From Bacteroidota bacterium (GTDB taxonomy: Bacteria > Bacteroidota > Bacteroidia > JABDFU01), in assembly GCA_013286805.1 (NCBI GenBank), contig JABDEY010000003.1, positions 49-64,048 of the forward strand: DNA of 64,000 nucleotides, written 5' to 3'. Position numbers and translations under genes: made by a program. Of this stretch, positions 8,365 to 17,767 are shown piece after piece. Position 1 is the first letter of the stretch. Every line of letters starts with the position of its first letter. The notes under the pieces were generated by a model. That model saw only the letters and a list, made by a program, of their open reading frames with translations, was not told the DNA's origin and did no database searches.

Positions 8365-9399
8365 ATGAGCAAGGTAGCAGTCGTAATCTTAAATTGGAAC
8401 GGGAGGGCATTGCTGGAGCAATTTCTGCCTGCTGTGATTCAATTTAGCTCATCTGCTGAAATTATAGTTGCAGACAATAATTCGACGGACGATTCAGTAG
8501 AATTTGTTGAAACAAATTTTTCTACTGTAAGAATAGTGAAGAATTCTTCCAATGGGGGATATGCCAAAGGATATAATGATGCATTGAAGCAGGTGGAGGC
8601 GGAGTATTGTATTTTGCTGAATTCGGATGTGGAAGTTACTTCCGGATGGCTGGAACCTGTAATACGCATGATGGATGCAGACCTGTCTATAGTTGCTGCT
8701 CAACCTAAATTATTAGCATATAACCAAAAAGAACAGTTTGAATATGCAGGTGCTGCAGGTGGGTTTATTGATAAGTACGGTTATCCTTTTTGCAGGGGAC
8801 GGATTTTTGATTCATACGAAAACGATTTTGGCCAATATGATGATTCCAGAGAGATTCATTGGGCCACAGGTGCTTGCTTATTTGTAAGAACTGCTGTTTT
8901 TAAAGCGGAAGGAGGTCTGGATGAGGACTTTTTTGCGCATATGGAGGAGATTGATTTATGCTGGCGCTTGAAGAACAGAGGTTTCAGGATTATGTATTGT
9001 GCTGAATCAGTGGTTTACCATGTTGGTGCAGGGACACTGGCTAAACACAGTCCTCATAAAACTTATTTGAATTTCAGGAATAACCTGATACTACTGTGCA
9101 AAAATCATTCCCGGCAATATTTCAGACTAAAGTTAGTATTGCGCATGCTGATGGATGGGATTGCCGGACTTAAATTTTTAGTTTCGGGAGATGCAGCTCA
9201 TTGTATTGCTGTTATGAAGGCTCACATCAGTTTTTATTCCACCTTTCCAAAAACTCTGGCAAAGAGAAAGGAACTGAAAAAGGGGGTTGTGAAGTATTCT
9301 ACCAGCGCTATTTATAATCGCAGTATTGTGGCAGATTATTACTTGAGGGGTAAGAAAAAATTTAGCGATTTGCGTTCTGATAAATTTCTTAATATCTGA
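8365..9399 (+). CDS. Glycosyltransferase family 2
   Basis: MSKVAVVILNWNG..LLEQFLP, VADNNSTDDS and the DEDFF..EEIDLCWR motifs are typical GT2 (GT-A fold, DxD). I prefer the ATG at 8365 to the track start at 8299, which only adds 22 non-conserved-looking residues. Confidence 0.85.
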   Translation: MSKVAVVILNWNGRALLEQFLPAVIQFSSSAEIIVADNNSTDDSVEFVETNFSTVRIVKNSSNGGYAKGYNDALKQVEAEYCILLNSDVEVTSGWLEPVIRMMDADLSIVAAQPKLLAYNQKEQFEYAGAAGGFIDKYGYPFCRGRIFDSYENDFGQYDDSREIHWATGACLFVRTAVFKAEGGLDEDFFAHMEEIDLCWRLKNRGFRIMYCAESVVYHVGAGTLAKHSPHKTYLNFRNNLILLCKNHSRQYFRLKLVLRMLMDGIAGLKFLVSGDAAHCIAVMKAHISFYSTFPKTLAKRKELKKGVVKYSTSAIYNRSIVADYYLRGKKKFSDLRSDKFLNI

Positions 9400-9805
9400 A
9401 ACTTTCAATGGCCAGCCTGTAGGAGTTCAGGCCAAAGCCGGAAATGATTCCTTTGCAAACAGCTGCTATCATTGAGTTTTTTCTGAATTCTTCACGTGCC
9501 TGAATGTTTGAAATATGTATTTCTATGACCGGAGATTTTATTGATGCTATGGCATCGGCAATTGCTACTGAAGTATGGGTATATCCACCAGCATTTAAGA
9601 TGATGCCGTCATAAGAAAATCCTGTTTCCTGAAGTTTATTGATAAGTTCACCTTCAATATTGCTTTGATAATAATCTAATTCCATGCCGGGATAAAATGA
9701 CTTTAGCTTTTCAAACCAAACTTCAAAGGATTGGTTTCCATAAATCGCAGGTTCGCGAATCCCCAATAAATTTAGATTCGGGCCGTTTATTATGATTAGC
9801 TTCAT
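9389..9805 (-). CDS. aroQ: Type II 3-dehydroquinate dehydratase
   Basis: 138 aa. MKLIIINGPNLNLLGIREP.IYG...GGYTHTSVAI.DA are classic AroQ motifs. It overlaps the convergent GT2 3' end by 11 nt. Confidence 0.92.
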   Translation of the reverse strand: MKLIIINGPNLNLLGIREPAIYGNQSFEVWFEKLKSFYPGMELDYYQSNIEGELINKLQETGFSYDGIILNAGGYTHTSVAIADAIASIKSPVIEIHISNIQAREEFRKNSMIAAVCKGIISGFGLNSYRLAIESFRY

Positions 9806-9842
9806 AGGTTAAATATACTGAAACTTGACAGATTTACGAATT

Positions 9843-9904
9843 GCGAAGCAATCATGAGCACCTGAGAAAGGCAAGTAGTGAATAATGTAAAGTTGGTTAG
9901 TATC
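9843..9904 (+). repeat. Dispersed intergenic repeat, family 1 (core ATGAGCACC), copy B
   Basis: gcgaagcaatcATGAGCACCtgagaaaggcaagtagtgaataatgtaaagttggttagtatc aligns by eye at ~70% with 17691..17744. Confidence 0.45.
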
Positions 9905-9998
9905 AGTTAATGCCAGCGTTTGCGGTTTTCGGTTTTCGGAAACCTACCTGGGTTGGTATATAATGAAATCCACGGTTGGATGTAGAATTGCATAAAAC

Positions 9999-10928
9999 AT
10001 GATTTGGGAATCTTACATAAATGGGTTTAAATCCTATTTGAAATTAGAGAAGTCACTTTCCGGTAATTCTGTGGAAGCCTATTTGCACGATGTGGTTAAA
10101 CTAACACAGTTTTTGGAATTGAAGGAATTCATACGAAAACCTGAGCAGGATAGTTCAGTTAATCTTTTGCCTGAAAATCTGAATCTGGATGTTTTGCAAA
10201 ATTTTGTGAAATGGGTAAATGAATTGGGTATGTCTGCAAGCAGTCAAGCAAGGATGGTATCAGGTATTAAGGCTTTTTACAGTTATTTATTACTGGAAAA
10301 TTGTATTTCTATTGACCCCACACAGCTTTTAGAAGCCCCGGCGAAGTCGCGTAAATTACCGGATGTGTTGACTGTTGCAGATATTGACGGACTGATTTCT
10401 GCAATTGATCTTTCAAAACCGGAGGGTCAAAGAAATAAGGCTATGCTTGAAACGCTTTATAGTTGCGGACTCAGGGTGAGTGAACTGGTGAATCTTAAAG
10501 TCTCGAATTTGTACCTGAAAGAAGGTTTTATTAAAGTGATTGGAAAGGGTGATAAGGAAAGACTTGTGCCCGTCGGGAGTATCGCAATAAAACAAATTAA
10601 TATTTATCTGGATGAAGTAAGGTGTCATGTATTACCAATAAAGGGGTTTGAGGATGTTTTATTTTTAAACCGGAGAGGGAGGAAGCTTAGCAGGGTGATG
10701 GTGTTTACCATTATAAAGGTGTTGGCGCAGGCGAGCGGGCTGGAAAAACATGTTAGCCCGCATACTTTCAGGCATTCGTTTGCCACGCATTTAATTGAAG
10801 GCGGGGCCGACCTGAGGGCTATTCAGGAAATGCTGGGTCATGCTTCCATCACCACTACTGAAATTTATACGCATATGGACCGGCACTATCTGAGGGATGT
10901 GATTATCCAGTTTCATCCAAGGTCTTAA
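9999..10928 (+). CDS. xerD: Site-specific tyrosine recombinase XerD
   Basis: 309 aa with an N-terminal SAM-like domain. Catalytic motifs are GLRVSELV, HTFRHSFATHL and LGHASITTTEIYTH. Its neighbours are housekeeping genes. Confidence 0.85.
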   Translation: MIWESYINGFKSYLKLEKSLSGNSVEAYLHDVVKLTQFLELKEFIRKPEQDSSVNLLPENLNLDVLQNFVKWVNELGMSASSQARMVSGIKAFYSYLLLENCISIDPTQLLEAPAKSRKLPDVLTVADIDGLISAIDLSKPEGQRNKAMLETLYSCGLRVSELVNLKVSNLYLKEGFIKVIGKGDKERLVPVGSIAIKQINIYLDEVRCHVLPIKGFEDVLFLNRRGRKLSRVMVFTIIKVLAQASGLEKHVSPHTFRHSFATHLIEGGADLRAIQEMLGHASITTTEIYTHMDRHYLRDVIIQFHPRS

Positions 10929-10954
10929 TGGATGCATTCCAGATTAATGATGAG

Positions 10955-11914
10955 TCAATTTTTCCTCGAAATAACTTTTAAGGCCGCTTCTACAATGTTT
11001 ATGGTATCAAGGCCGTATTTGGTCATCAGCTGATCGGGGGTACCACTTTCTCCAAAGCTGTCTTTTATTGCTACCATTTCGAGCGGGGCTGGAAAATGAC
11101 CGGAAATAATTTGGGCTATGCTGTCTCCAAGTCCACCATTTTGCTGGTGTTCCTCAGCAGTGACTGCGCATTTTGTTTTACGCACACTCTGAAGGATGGC
11201 TTTTTCATCTATGGGTTTTATGGTATGGATGTTTATGATTTCGGCGCTGATCCCTTTTGCCTGCAATTCTTCACATGCTTCTATTGCTTTCCAAACTAAA
11301 TGCCCGGTGGCAAAAATACTTACGTCGCTGCCTTCATTTAATACAATGGCTTTCCCAATTTCAAAGAGTTTGCCTGCTGGTGTAAAATTTGGAACTGCTG
11401 GTCGGCCAAAGCGAAGGTAAACGGGGCCAATGTAATCAGCGATGGCAAGCGTTGCGGCCTGCGTCTGGTTGTAATCACAGGGATTTATTACGACCATTCC
11501 GGGTAACATTTTCATCAGGCCTATGTCTTCTAATATCTGGTGGGTAGCTCCGTCTTCTCCAAGTGTAAGTCCGGCATGGGATGCGCAGATTTTTACATTT
11601 TTTCCAGAGTAGGCTACTGACTGGCGAATCTGGTCGTAAACACGGCCGGTTGAAAAATTAGCGAACGTTCCGGTAAATGGTATTTTGCCTCCGATGGTTA
11701 ATCCTGCTGCTATGCCTATCATATTTGCTTCGGCTATTCCAACCTGGATAAAACGCTCCGGAAAATCTTTCAGGAATGCGTCCATTTTTAAGGACCCGGT
11801 TAAATCAGCGCAGAGTGCTACTACATTTGGGTTTTGTTTTCCAAGCGCATGTAGGCCGGCCCCAAAGCCGGAGCGGGTGTCTTTCTTTTCCGTGTAAGTG
11901 TATTTGTGGGTCAT
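10955..11914 (-). CDS. Transketolase, C-terminal (pyrimidine-binding and C-terminal domain) subunit
   Basis: 319 aa. FPERFIQVGIAEANMIGIAAGL and CASHAGLTLGEDGATHQ are motifs of the C-terminal half of split transketolases. Confidence 0.9.
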   Translation of the reverse strand: MTHKYTYTEKKDTRSGFGAGLHALGKQNPNVVALCADLTGSLKMDAFLKDFPERFIQVGIAEANMIGIAAGLTIGGKIPFTGTFANFSTGRVYDQIRQSVAYSGKNVKICASHAGLTLGEDGATHQILEDIGLMKMLPGMVVINPCDYNQTQAATLAIADYIGPVYLRFGRPAVPNFTPAGKLFEIGKAIVLNEGSDVSIFATGHLVWKAIEACEELQAKGISAEIINIHTIKPIDEKAILQSVRKTKCAVTAEEHQQNGGLGDSIAQIISGHFPAPLEMVAIKDSFGESGTPDQLMTKYGLDTINIVEAALKVISRKN

Positions 11915-11991
11915 TTATTTAAAATTCGTTAAAAGTAAATTGTTCCTAATAAGAATCGTAACAAGTATTTGTATGAATCTGCTGTCGTTTA

Positions 11992-13536
11992 TTAATACAT
12001 TTTTATTGATACTGTAGAACCGGACTCGACTTTGAATTTTCGTTCTACGGTATAAATCGATTCTTTTGCTGACTTGGAACGCCATTCTGCCCTGTAATTA
12101 CCAGGCTGCAAAACGATGTTTTCCTGAATCTGATTTTCCTGTAAGTTGCATACCCAGGTTAATTTGTTTTTCTCTTCTACGAAAAGGCTTCCTGGTCCTT
12201 CATTTGTCCTGGTAATAACTACCATTCCAGCCTGAGGTATTTCGAGGGTTGTGGTTTTACTTTGGGCGATGTCAATATTGGAAAGTGTAATACGCGGCAG
12301 GGTGAGGATTTCGAGGTCGTATTTCCCTACTATGTATTTCTCAACTTGTGTGAAGTCCTGAACATTGAGTGTTTGCATTTCTCCTCGTTTGCGAACGATG
12401 CATTTTAAAGTTTTATAGTTGTTAAAGGCTACTTTTAAACTTAATAAACCCTGTGGAGCATCCAGAGCAATAATATTGTGCTTGCCTGCAATAAGGGTAA
12501 TATCATGTTTTTCAACAGGAGGAATGGTGTGCACTACCAGATGATAGGTTTGAACCGGGTCAAGGGTAAGTGTATCGGGTAAGCCTTTATTGTTGAGGGT
12601 GTGCATGTAATCATATCTGATAAGTCCGGAGGTCTCATCGTAAAATGTCATGTTGACATCTGTTTCAGTGGGCTTGCCTATCTGATCGAGTAAATTTACC
12701 TGGGCTGAGGTGTTGTTTAATGCCTGGGAAATAACGATGTTGAGAATATTCTTGAAGGTTTCTTCATTCGAGGCGTCGTAAAATTTTCCTATGCAGCCAA
12801 AAGAGTTTTTGAGGTTTTCATCCAGCCCGACTCCTATGATAAAAGGTTTGAGGATAATGCCTTTCCTTTGTAGTGAAAGTGATACGGCACAAGGGTCTCC
12901 GTCGCATTCTTCAATGCCGTCTGTTATCAGAATAATTATATTACGCACAGCAGGGCTTCCGGGTACAGGAAAGTCATCCCCGCATTGTTCAAGGGAATAG
13001 GCTATTGGTGTGGTTCCTCTTGGTACTATATCAACTAATTTTCGTTTGATGGCTGCTACGTTGGCGCGAATATCCGGATCAAAAGGAACTTCTAGTTTGG
13101 TGTCTTTGCAATCACGCTGTGGACGCAGGTTGTGTTGATGTCCATAGGCACGGAATGCTACTTCGAGGTGGTCAAAACTACGCAGGCTGTCAAGAAATTC
13201 TCCCAGCAGCCTTTTTGCAATGTCTATCTTCATTCCGCTTTGCCATTGGCCGAACATGCTGTAGGAAGCATCGAAGACAAAGAGTATGCGAGTGGTGGGT
13301 TTCACAGTTGGTTGTTGTGAACGTTGTGATTTAGGCTGGGCGATTGAGGTAAAGGGTGTGATAAGAGCTAAGAGAAAAAAAACAAAAGGCAAAAGAGCAG
13401 TAGACGAGCGAAAATACTTAATGGCTATTACAAAGCGAATTAAGGCAATTAGCCGGTGCCCAATTGAGCCAGTTTGTGTGAAAGTGGGCGCTCTAAAAGA
13501 TAAACGAGTTAATAAATTCGATTGAAATGGATACAT
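11992..13536 (-). CDS. von Willebrand factor type A (VWA) domain protein with a C-terminal beta-rich region
   Basis: 514-aa ORF with MIDAS-type ILFVFDASYSM and ITDGIEECDGDPC. A hydrophobic signal-like segment (LLPFVFFLLALITPFTSIAQ) lies ~45 aa after the first ATG, so the true start is uncertain. Confidence 0.75.
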   Translation of the reverse strand: MYPFQSNLLTRLSFRAPTFTQTGSIGHRLIALIRFVIAIKYFRSSTALLPFVFFLLALITPFTSIAQPKSQRSQQPTVKPTTRILFVFDASYSMFGQWQSGMKIDIAKRLLGEFLDSLRSFDHLEVAFRAYGHQHNLRPQRDCKDTKLEVPFDPDIRANVAAIKRKLVDIVPRGTTPIAYSLEQCGDDFPVPGSPAVRNIIILITDGIEECDGDPCAVSLSLQRKGIILKPFIIGVGLDENLKNSFGCIGKFYDASNEETFKNILNIVISQALNNTSAQVNLLDQIGKPTETDVNMTFYDETSGLIRYDYMHTLNNKGLPDTLTLDPVQTYHLVVHTIPPVEKHDITLIAGKHNIIALDAPQGLLSLKVAFNNYKTLKCIVRKRGEMQTLNVQDFTQVEKYIVGKYDLEILTLPRITLSNIDIAQSKTTTLEIPQAGMVVITRTNEGPGSLFVEEKNKLTWVCNLQENQIQENIVLQPGNYRAEWRSKSAKESIYTVERKFKVESGSTVSIKMY

Positions 13537-13539
13537 AAA

Positions 13540-14490
13540 TTAATAATCTCCAAGTGTTTCCGGCAACTGAGACAAGGCCTTGGCAAGCTGATCGTCATTT
13601 GGGGCAACTCCATGCCATTTGTGAGAACCGGTCATGAAGTCCACACCAAAACCCATTTCAGTTTTCATGAGGATTACTACTGGTTTGCCTTTTCCCGAAT
13701 GTTGCTGGGCAAGGTTTAATACATCAGAGACCTCCGGTAAATTATTCCCATTCATTTCGAGGACGTCCCATCCAAAGGCCAGCCATTTTGCTTTCAGGTC
13801 TCCAAGTGGCAGAACCTGATTTACATCTCCATCAATCTGACGTCCATTCCAGTCTACTGTGGAAATAAGGTTGTCTACCTTGTTTGCTGAGGCGAACATA
13901 ATAGCTTCCCAATTTTGTCCTTCCTGCAATTCCCCGTCTCCATGGAGGGAATACACCAATCGGGAATCCTTATTCATTTTCTTTGCCAATGCTGCTCCTA
14001 TCGCAACGGATAGTCCTTGTCCCAGGGAGCCAGAGGCAACGCGAACTCCCGGGATTCCTTCATGGGTTGCAGGATGACCCTGGAGACGTGAGTTTAGTTT
14101 ACGGAAGGTGGATAGCTCTTTTACCGGAAAATAACCGGAACGCGCAAGCACGCTGTACCAGACGGGTGAAATATGACCGTTGGAAAGAAAGAATAAATCT
14201 TCCCCGATTCCATCCATGTTAAATTTTGCAGGATTGTGTTTCATTAATGAGAAATACAGGGTTACAAAAAATTCAGTACAGCCCAATGAAGCCCCGGGAT
14301 GGCCTGAATTTACAGCATGAACCATTCTGACTATGTCCCGCCTGACCTGGGAGGTTATTTTTTTTAATTCTTCGGGAGATGACATAGTAAGAGCCTGTGA
14401 AGGCATATTAGAAACCTGTGAGGACATAGTCTTAATTAAGAAATCAAAAGTATCGTTTTTAATTTCTCCAGTTTTTAATGTTAATAACAT
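13540..14490 (-). CDS. Transketolase, N-terminal (TPP-binding) subunit
   Basis: Motifs NSGHPGASLG, LSNGH and HGDGELQEGQNWEA (the GDG..EG TPP motif). The true start may be an internal Met such as 14427, because the first ~35 residues look non-conserved. Confidence 0.9.
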   Translation of the reverse strand: MLLTLKTGEIKNDTFDFLIKTMSSQVSNMPSQALTMSSPEELKKITSQVRRDIVRMVHAVNSGHPGASLGCTEFFVTLYFSLMKHNPAKFNMDGIGEDLFFLSNGHISPVWYSVLARSGYFPVKELSTFRKLNSRLQGHPATHEGIPGVRVASGSLGQGLSVAIGAALAKKMNKDSRLVYSLHGDGELQEGQNWEAIMFASANKVDNLISTVDWNGRQIDGDVNQVLPLGDLKAKWLAFGWDVLEMNGNNLPEVSDVLNLAQQHSGKGKPVVILMKTEMGFGVDFMTGSHKWHGVAPNDDQLAKALSQLPETLGDY

Positions 14491-14568
14491 TTATGGAATG
14501 TTGAAAACTGAAAATTTGGATAATGGTATCTTCGCCTTTTAAATTTAAAAAAACAATTTGCTGAAATT

Positions 14569-15669
14569 ATGGCGTTAAAGTGCGGGATAGTGGGTTTGCC
14601 GAATGTTGGGAAGTCAACTTTATTTAATTGTTTGTCGAATGCCAAAGCTCAGGCGGCTAATTTTCCTTTTTGTACCATTGAACCGAATATTGGGGTGATT
14701 ACTGTGCCTGATGAACGACTGACACGGCTTTCTGAATTTGTAAAGCCTGAACGGATTGTACCTACTACCATTGAGATTGTTGATATTGCCGGGCTTGTTA
14801 AGGGTGCAAGTAAAGGGGAGGGGTTAGGAAATCAGTTTCTGGGTAATATTAGAGAATGCAATGCGATTATTCATGTGCTGCGTTGTTTTGATGATCCCAA
14901 TGTGGTGCATGTGGATGGGTCGGTCAATCCGGTTCGTGATAAGGATGTTATTGATACGGAGCTTCAGTTAAAGGATATTGAAAGTGTAGACGGGAAAATC
15001 CGCAAGGTGGAGAAGCTTGCAAAAGCGGGTGTTGACAAGGATGCAAAGAAAGCATACGAAACTTTGCTGATTTACAGAGCGCATCTGGAAGAGGGGAAAT
15101 CTGCCCGTTCGGCTGCGGTTAAGAAAGAAGATAAACAGTACATTGAAGATATACATTTGTTGACTGATAAGGCGGTGGTTTATGTTTGTAATGTAGACGA
15201 AGCTTCGGTGATCACGGGGAATAAGTATGTCGAACAGATCAGAGAGCTTGTGAAAGATGAGGGGGCTGAAGTAATTGTTATTACTGCTGCTATGGAAGCT
15301 GAAATTGCTGCACTTGATACCTATGAGGACCGGCAGGTTTTCTTAAAAGAAATTGGCCTGGAGGAACCAGGTGTGAATAAGCTCATTAAAGCTGCCTATC
15401 GGCTTTTGCGTCTGCAGACTTATTTTACTGCGGGTGTGAAGGAGGTCAGAGCCTGGACTATTTCACAGGGAATGACTGCTCCTCAGGCTGCCGGTGTTAT
15501 TCATACTGATTTTGAAAGGGGATTTATTAAAGCAGAAGTTATTAAGTATGTTGATTTTTTAAAGTATGGCTCGGAGTCGGCTTGCCGTGACATCGGAAAG
15601 CTTTCTCAGGAAGGCAAAGAATATGTTGTAGGTGATGGGGATGTTATGCATTTTAAGTTTAATGTTTAA
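14569..15669 (+). CDS. ychF: Redox-regulated ATPase YchF (Obg-family GTPase/ATPase)
   Basis: 366 aa. MALKCGIVGLPNVGKSTLFN, the C-terminal TGS-like FERGFI.AEV and GDGDVMHFKFNV. Confidence 0.93.
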   Translation: MALKCGIVGLPNVGKSTLFNCLSNAKAQAANFPFCTIEPNIGVITVPDERLTRLSEFVKPERIVPTTIEIVDIAGLVKGASKGEGLGNQFLGNIRECNAIIHVLRCFDDPNVVHVDGSVNPVRDKDVIDTELQLKDIESVDGKIRKVEKLAKAGVDKDAKKAYETLLIYRAHLEEGKSARSAAVKKEDKQYIEDIHLLTDKAVVYVCNVDEASVITGNKYVEQIRELVKDEGAEVIVITAAMEAEIAALDTYEDRQVFLKEIGLEEPGVNKLIKAAYRLLRLQTYFTAGVKEVRAWTISQGMTAPQAAGVIHTDFERGFIKAEVIKYVDFLKYGSESACRDIGKLSQEGKEYVVGDGDVMHFKFNV

Positions 15670-15741
15670 TAGAATGGATTTGTATAGATGGAAACGATTG
15701 AGTTTAAACTAAGAAACTTTAAACGTTCAAACTGAAAAAGG

Positions 15742-17613
15742 ATGGCAGAACCAAAATATAACGAAGACAGTGTAAAGTCGCTTGACTGGAAGGAGCATAT
15801 CCGGCTCAGGCCAGGTATGTATATTGGCAAGCTTGGAGATGGTTCTTCACAGGATGATGGTATTTATATTCTGATGAAGGAGACCATTGACAATTGCATT
15901 GATGAACATGTGATGGGATATGGTAAACATGTGGATATTACCGTGCGAGACAAGTCGGTGACGGTACGGGATTATGGCAGAGGTATACCGCTCGGTAAAG
16001 TAATTGACTGTGTTTCTAAGATTAATACGGGTGCGAAATATGATTCGGAGGCTTTTAAAAAATCGGTGGGGCTAAATGGTGTGGGAACAAAGGCTGTGAA
16101 TGCGTTGGCTTCAAATTTTATTATTCAGTCTATTCGCGAAGGGAAAATAAAGGTTGCTGAGTTTGAAAGGGGAACCATTCAAAAGGATACGAGTATAAAA
16201 GCGAGTGACCAGAACTCCGGCACTATCGTCACGTTTACTCCGGATGAAAAGATTTTCGGCAAATACCATTTTATTCATGAGTACATAGAGCGAATGTGCT
16301 GGAATTATGCCTACCTAAATACCGGGCTAAAGCTGAATTTTAATGGAAAGGAATTTGTTTCCATGAACGGTTTGATGGATCTGCTGGAGCGTAACCTGAG
16401 TGGGCCAATTCTTTTTCCAATTATTCATCTGAAGGGTGAGGATATTGAAGTGGCGATGACGCATGCTGAAATGCAGTATGGTGAGGAATATTATTCTTTT
16501 GTGAACGGACAGCATACGACTCAAGGAGGAACGCATCAGGCTGCATTCCGTGAAGCGATTGTAAAAACCATTCGTGAGTTTTATAAAAAGGAGTTTGAAG
16601 CAGGGGATATACGGACTTCCATTGTAGCCGCGATAAGTGTGAAGGTTCAGGAGCCTGTATTTGAATCACAGACCAAGACCAAACTGGGTTCTCAGGAAAT
16701 TGCCCCGGGTGGAAAGAGCATGAAAGCGTTTATTGGTGATTTTGTGAAGGAGGCTTTGGATAATTACCTGCATAAAAATCCGGCTACGGCAGATACACTC
16801 CTGAAAAAAATTCAACAGTCCGAAAAGGAACGTAAGGAACTGTCCGGTATACAAAAACTGGCAAGGGAGCGGGCAAAAAAAGCGAGCCTTCATAACAGAA
16901 AGCTAAGAGATTGCCGTGCGCATTATAATACGAACGATGACAGGCGTCAGGACACTACGCTGTTTATCTGTGAGGGTGATTCGGCCAGCGGGTCCATTAC
17001 CAAGGTAAGGGATGTGAATACCCAGGCGGTTTTCAGTTTGAAGGGTAAACCTTTGAATGCGTTTGGTTTGTCCAAGAAGGTAGTGTATGAGAATGAAGAG
17101 TTTAATCTGCTTCAGGCGGCTTTAAATATTGAGGATAATCTTGAGGAGCTACGCTATAACCAGGTGGTGATCTCTACGGATGCGGATGTGGATGGGATGC
17201 ATATTCGCTTATTGCTGCTGACTTTCTTTTTGCAGTTTTTTCCTGATCTGGTGAAAAACGGGCATGTGTATATTCTTCAGACGCCTTTGTTTCGTGTCCG
17301 GAATAAAAAAGAAACCATTTATTGCTACTCGGAAGATGAGCGTCGGGCTGCTATGACAAAGCTTGGTGGGAAACCGGAGATTACCCGATTTAAAGGCCTG
17401 GGTGAGATATCTCCTGATGAGTTTAAAAATTTTATTGGCAAGGATATGCGGATTGAGCCAGTTATTATTGGAGGAGGACAGTCTATTACAGAAATCCTGA
17501 GCTATTATATGGGTAAAAATACACAGGAAAGACAGGATTTTATTATTAATAATCTGAAGATAGAGAAGGATGTAGTTGAAGGGGTTGTTAATGAGCCTGT
17601 TTTGAGTGCGTGA
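15742..17613 (+). CDS. parE: DNA topoisomerase IV subunit B (ParE-type type IIA topoisomerase ATPase)
   Basis: 623 aa with [16 protein letters not shown] and Toprim [10 protein letters not shown]...[10 protein letters not shown]. It lies directly upstream of a ParC-like gene that lacks a GyrA box, and a separate gyrA is present at 57927. Confidence 0.85.
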   Translation: MAEPKYNEDSVKSLDWKEHIRLRPGMYIGKLGDGSSQDDGIYILMKETIDNCIDEHVMGYGKHVDITVRDKSVTVRDYGRGIPLGKVIDCVSKINTGAKYDSEAFKKSVGLNGVGTKAVNALASNFIIQSIREGKIKVAEFERGTIQKDTSIKASDQNSGTIVTFTPDEKIFGKYHFIHEYIERMCWNYAYLNTGLKLNFNGKEFVSMNGLMDLLERNLSGPILFPIIHLKGEDIEVAMTHAEMQYGEEYYSFVNGQHTTQGGTHQAAFREAIVKTIREFYKKEFEAGDIRTSIVAAISVKVQEPVFESQTKTKLGSQEIAPGGKSMKAFIGDFVKEALDNYLHKNPATADTLLKKIQQSEKERKELSGIQKLARERAKKASLHNRKLRDCRAHYNTNDDRRQDTTLFICEGDSASGSITKVRDVNTQAVFSLKGKPLNAFGLSKKVVYENEEFNLLQAALNIEDNLEELRYNQVVISTDADVDGMHIRLLLLTFFLQFFPDLVKNGHVYILQTPLFRVRNKKETIYCYSEDERRAAMTKLGGKPEITRFKGLGEISPDEFKNFIGKDMRIEPVIIGGGQSITEILSYYMGKNTQERQDFIINNLKIEKDVVEGVVNEPVLSA

Positions 17614-17690
17614 CGAAGGAGGGCACTCAGGCTTCACACAGGCTGGCTCCAGCATTCACTGGATGTTGGCCCCTGATTGAGTCGGTTAGC

Positions 17691-17744
17691 GCGAAGATTA
17701 TGAGCACCAAATAAAGGGAAAGAGCGAATAACAAAATTAGTACC
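17691..17744 (+). repeat. Dispersed intergenic repeat, family 1, copy A (parE-parC spacer)
   Basis: gcgaagattATGAGCACCaaataaagggaaagagcgaataacaaaattagtacc shares gcgaag, ATGAGCACC, aaagg, gaataa and ttagta blocks, in the same order, with 9843..9904. Confidence 0.45.
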
Positions 17745-17767
17745 AATTACATTTTGATTGAATCAGT

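Noticed and set aside
9806-9998. The 193-bp aroQ/xerD spacer as a possible SRP, 6S or other known RNA.
   Set aside because: I could not recognise any conserved core of known housekeeping RNAs. I report only the family-1 repeat and a small ggttttc tandem/hairpin.
9999-10928. A tyrosine recombinase as a marker of an integrated mobile element.
   Set aside because: Its sequence and size fit chromosomal XerD. Its neighbours (aroQ, transketolase) are housekeeping genes, and I saw no flanking repeats or cargo genes.
15669-15741. A short AT-rich hairpin (gtttaaa ... tttaaac) after ychF, as a possible terminator.
   Set aside because: It is only a 7-bp all-A/T stem with no clear T-tract, which is too weak to call.
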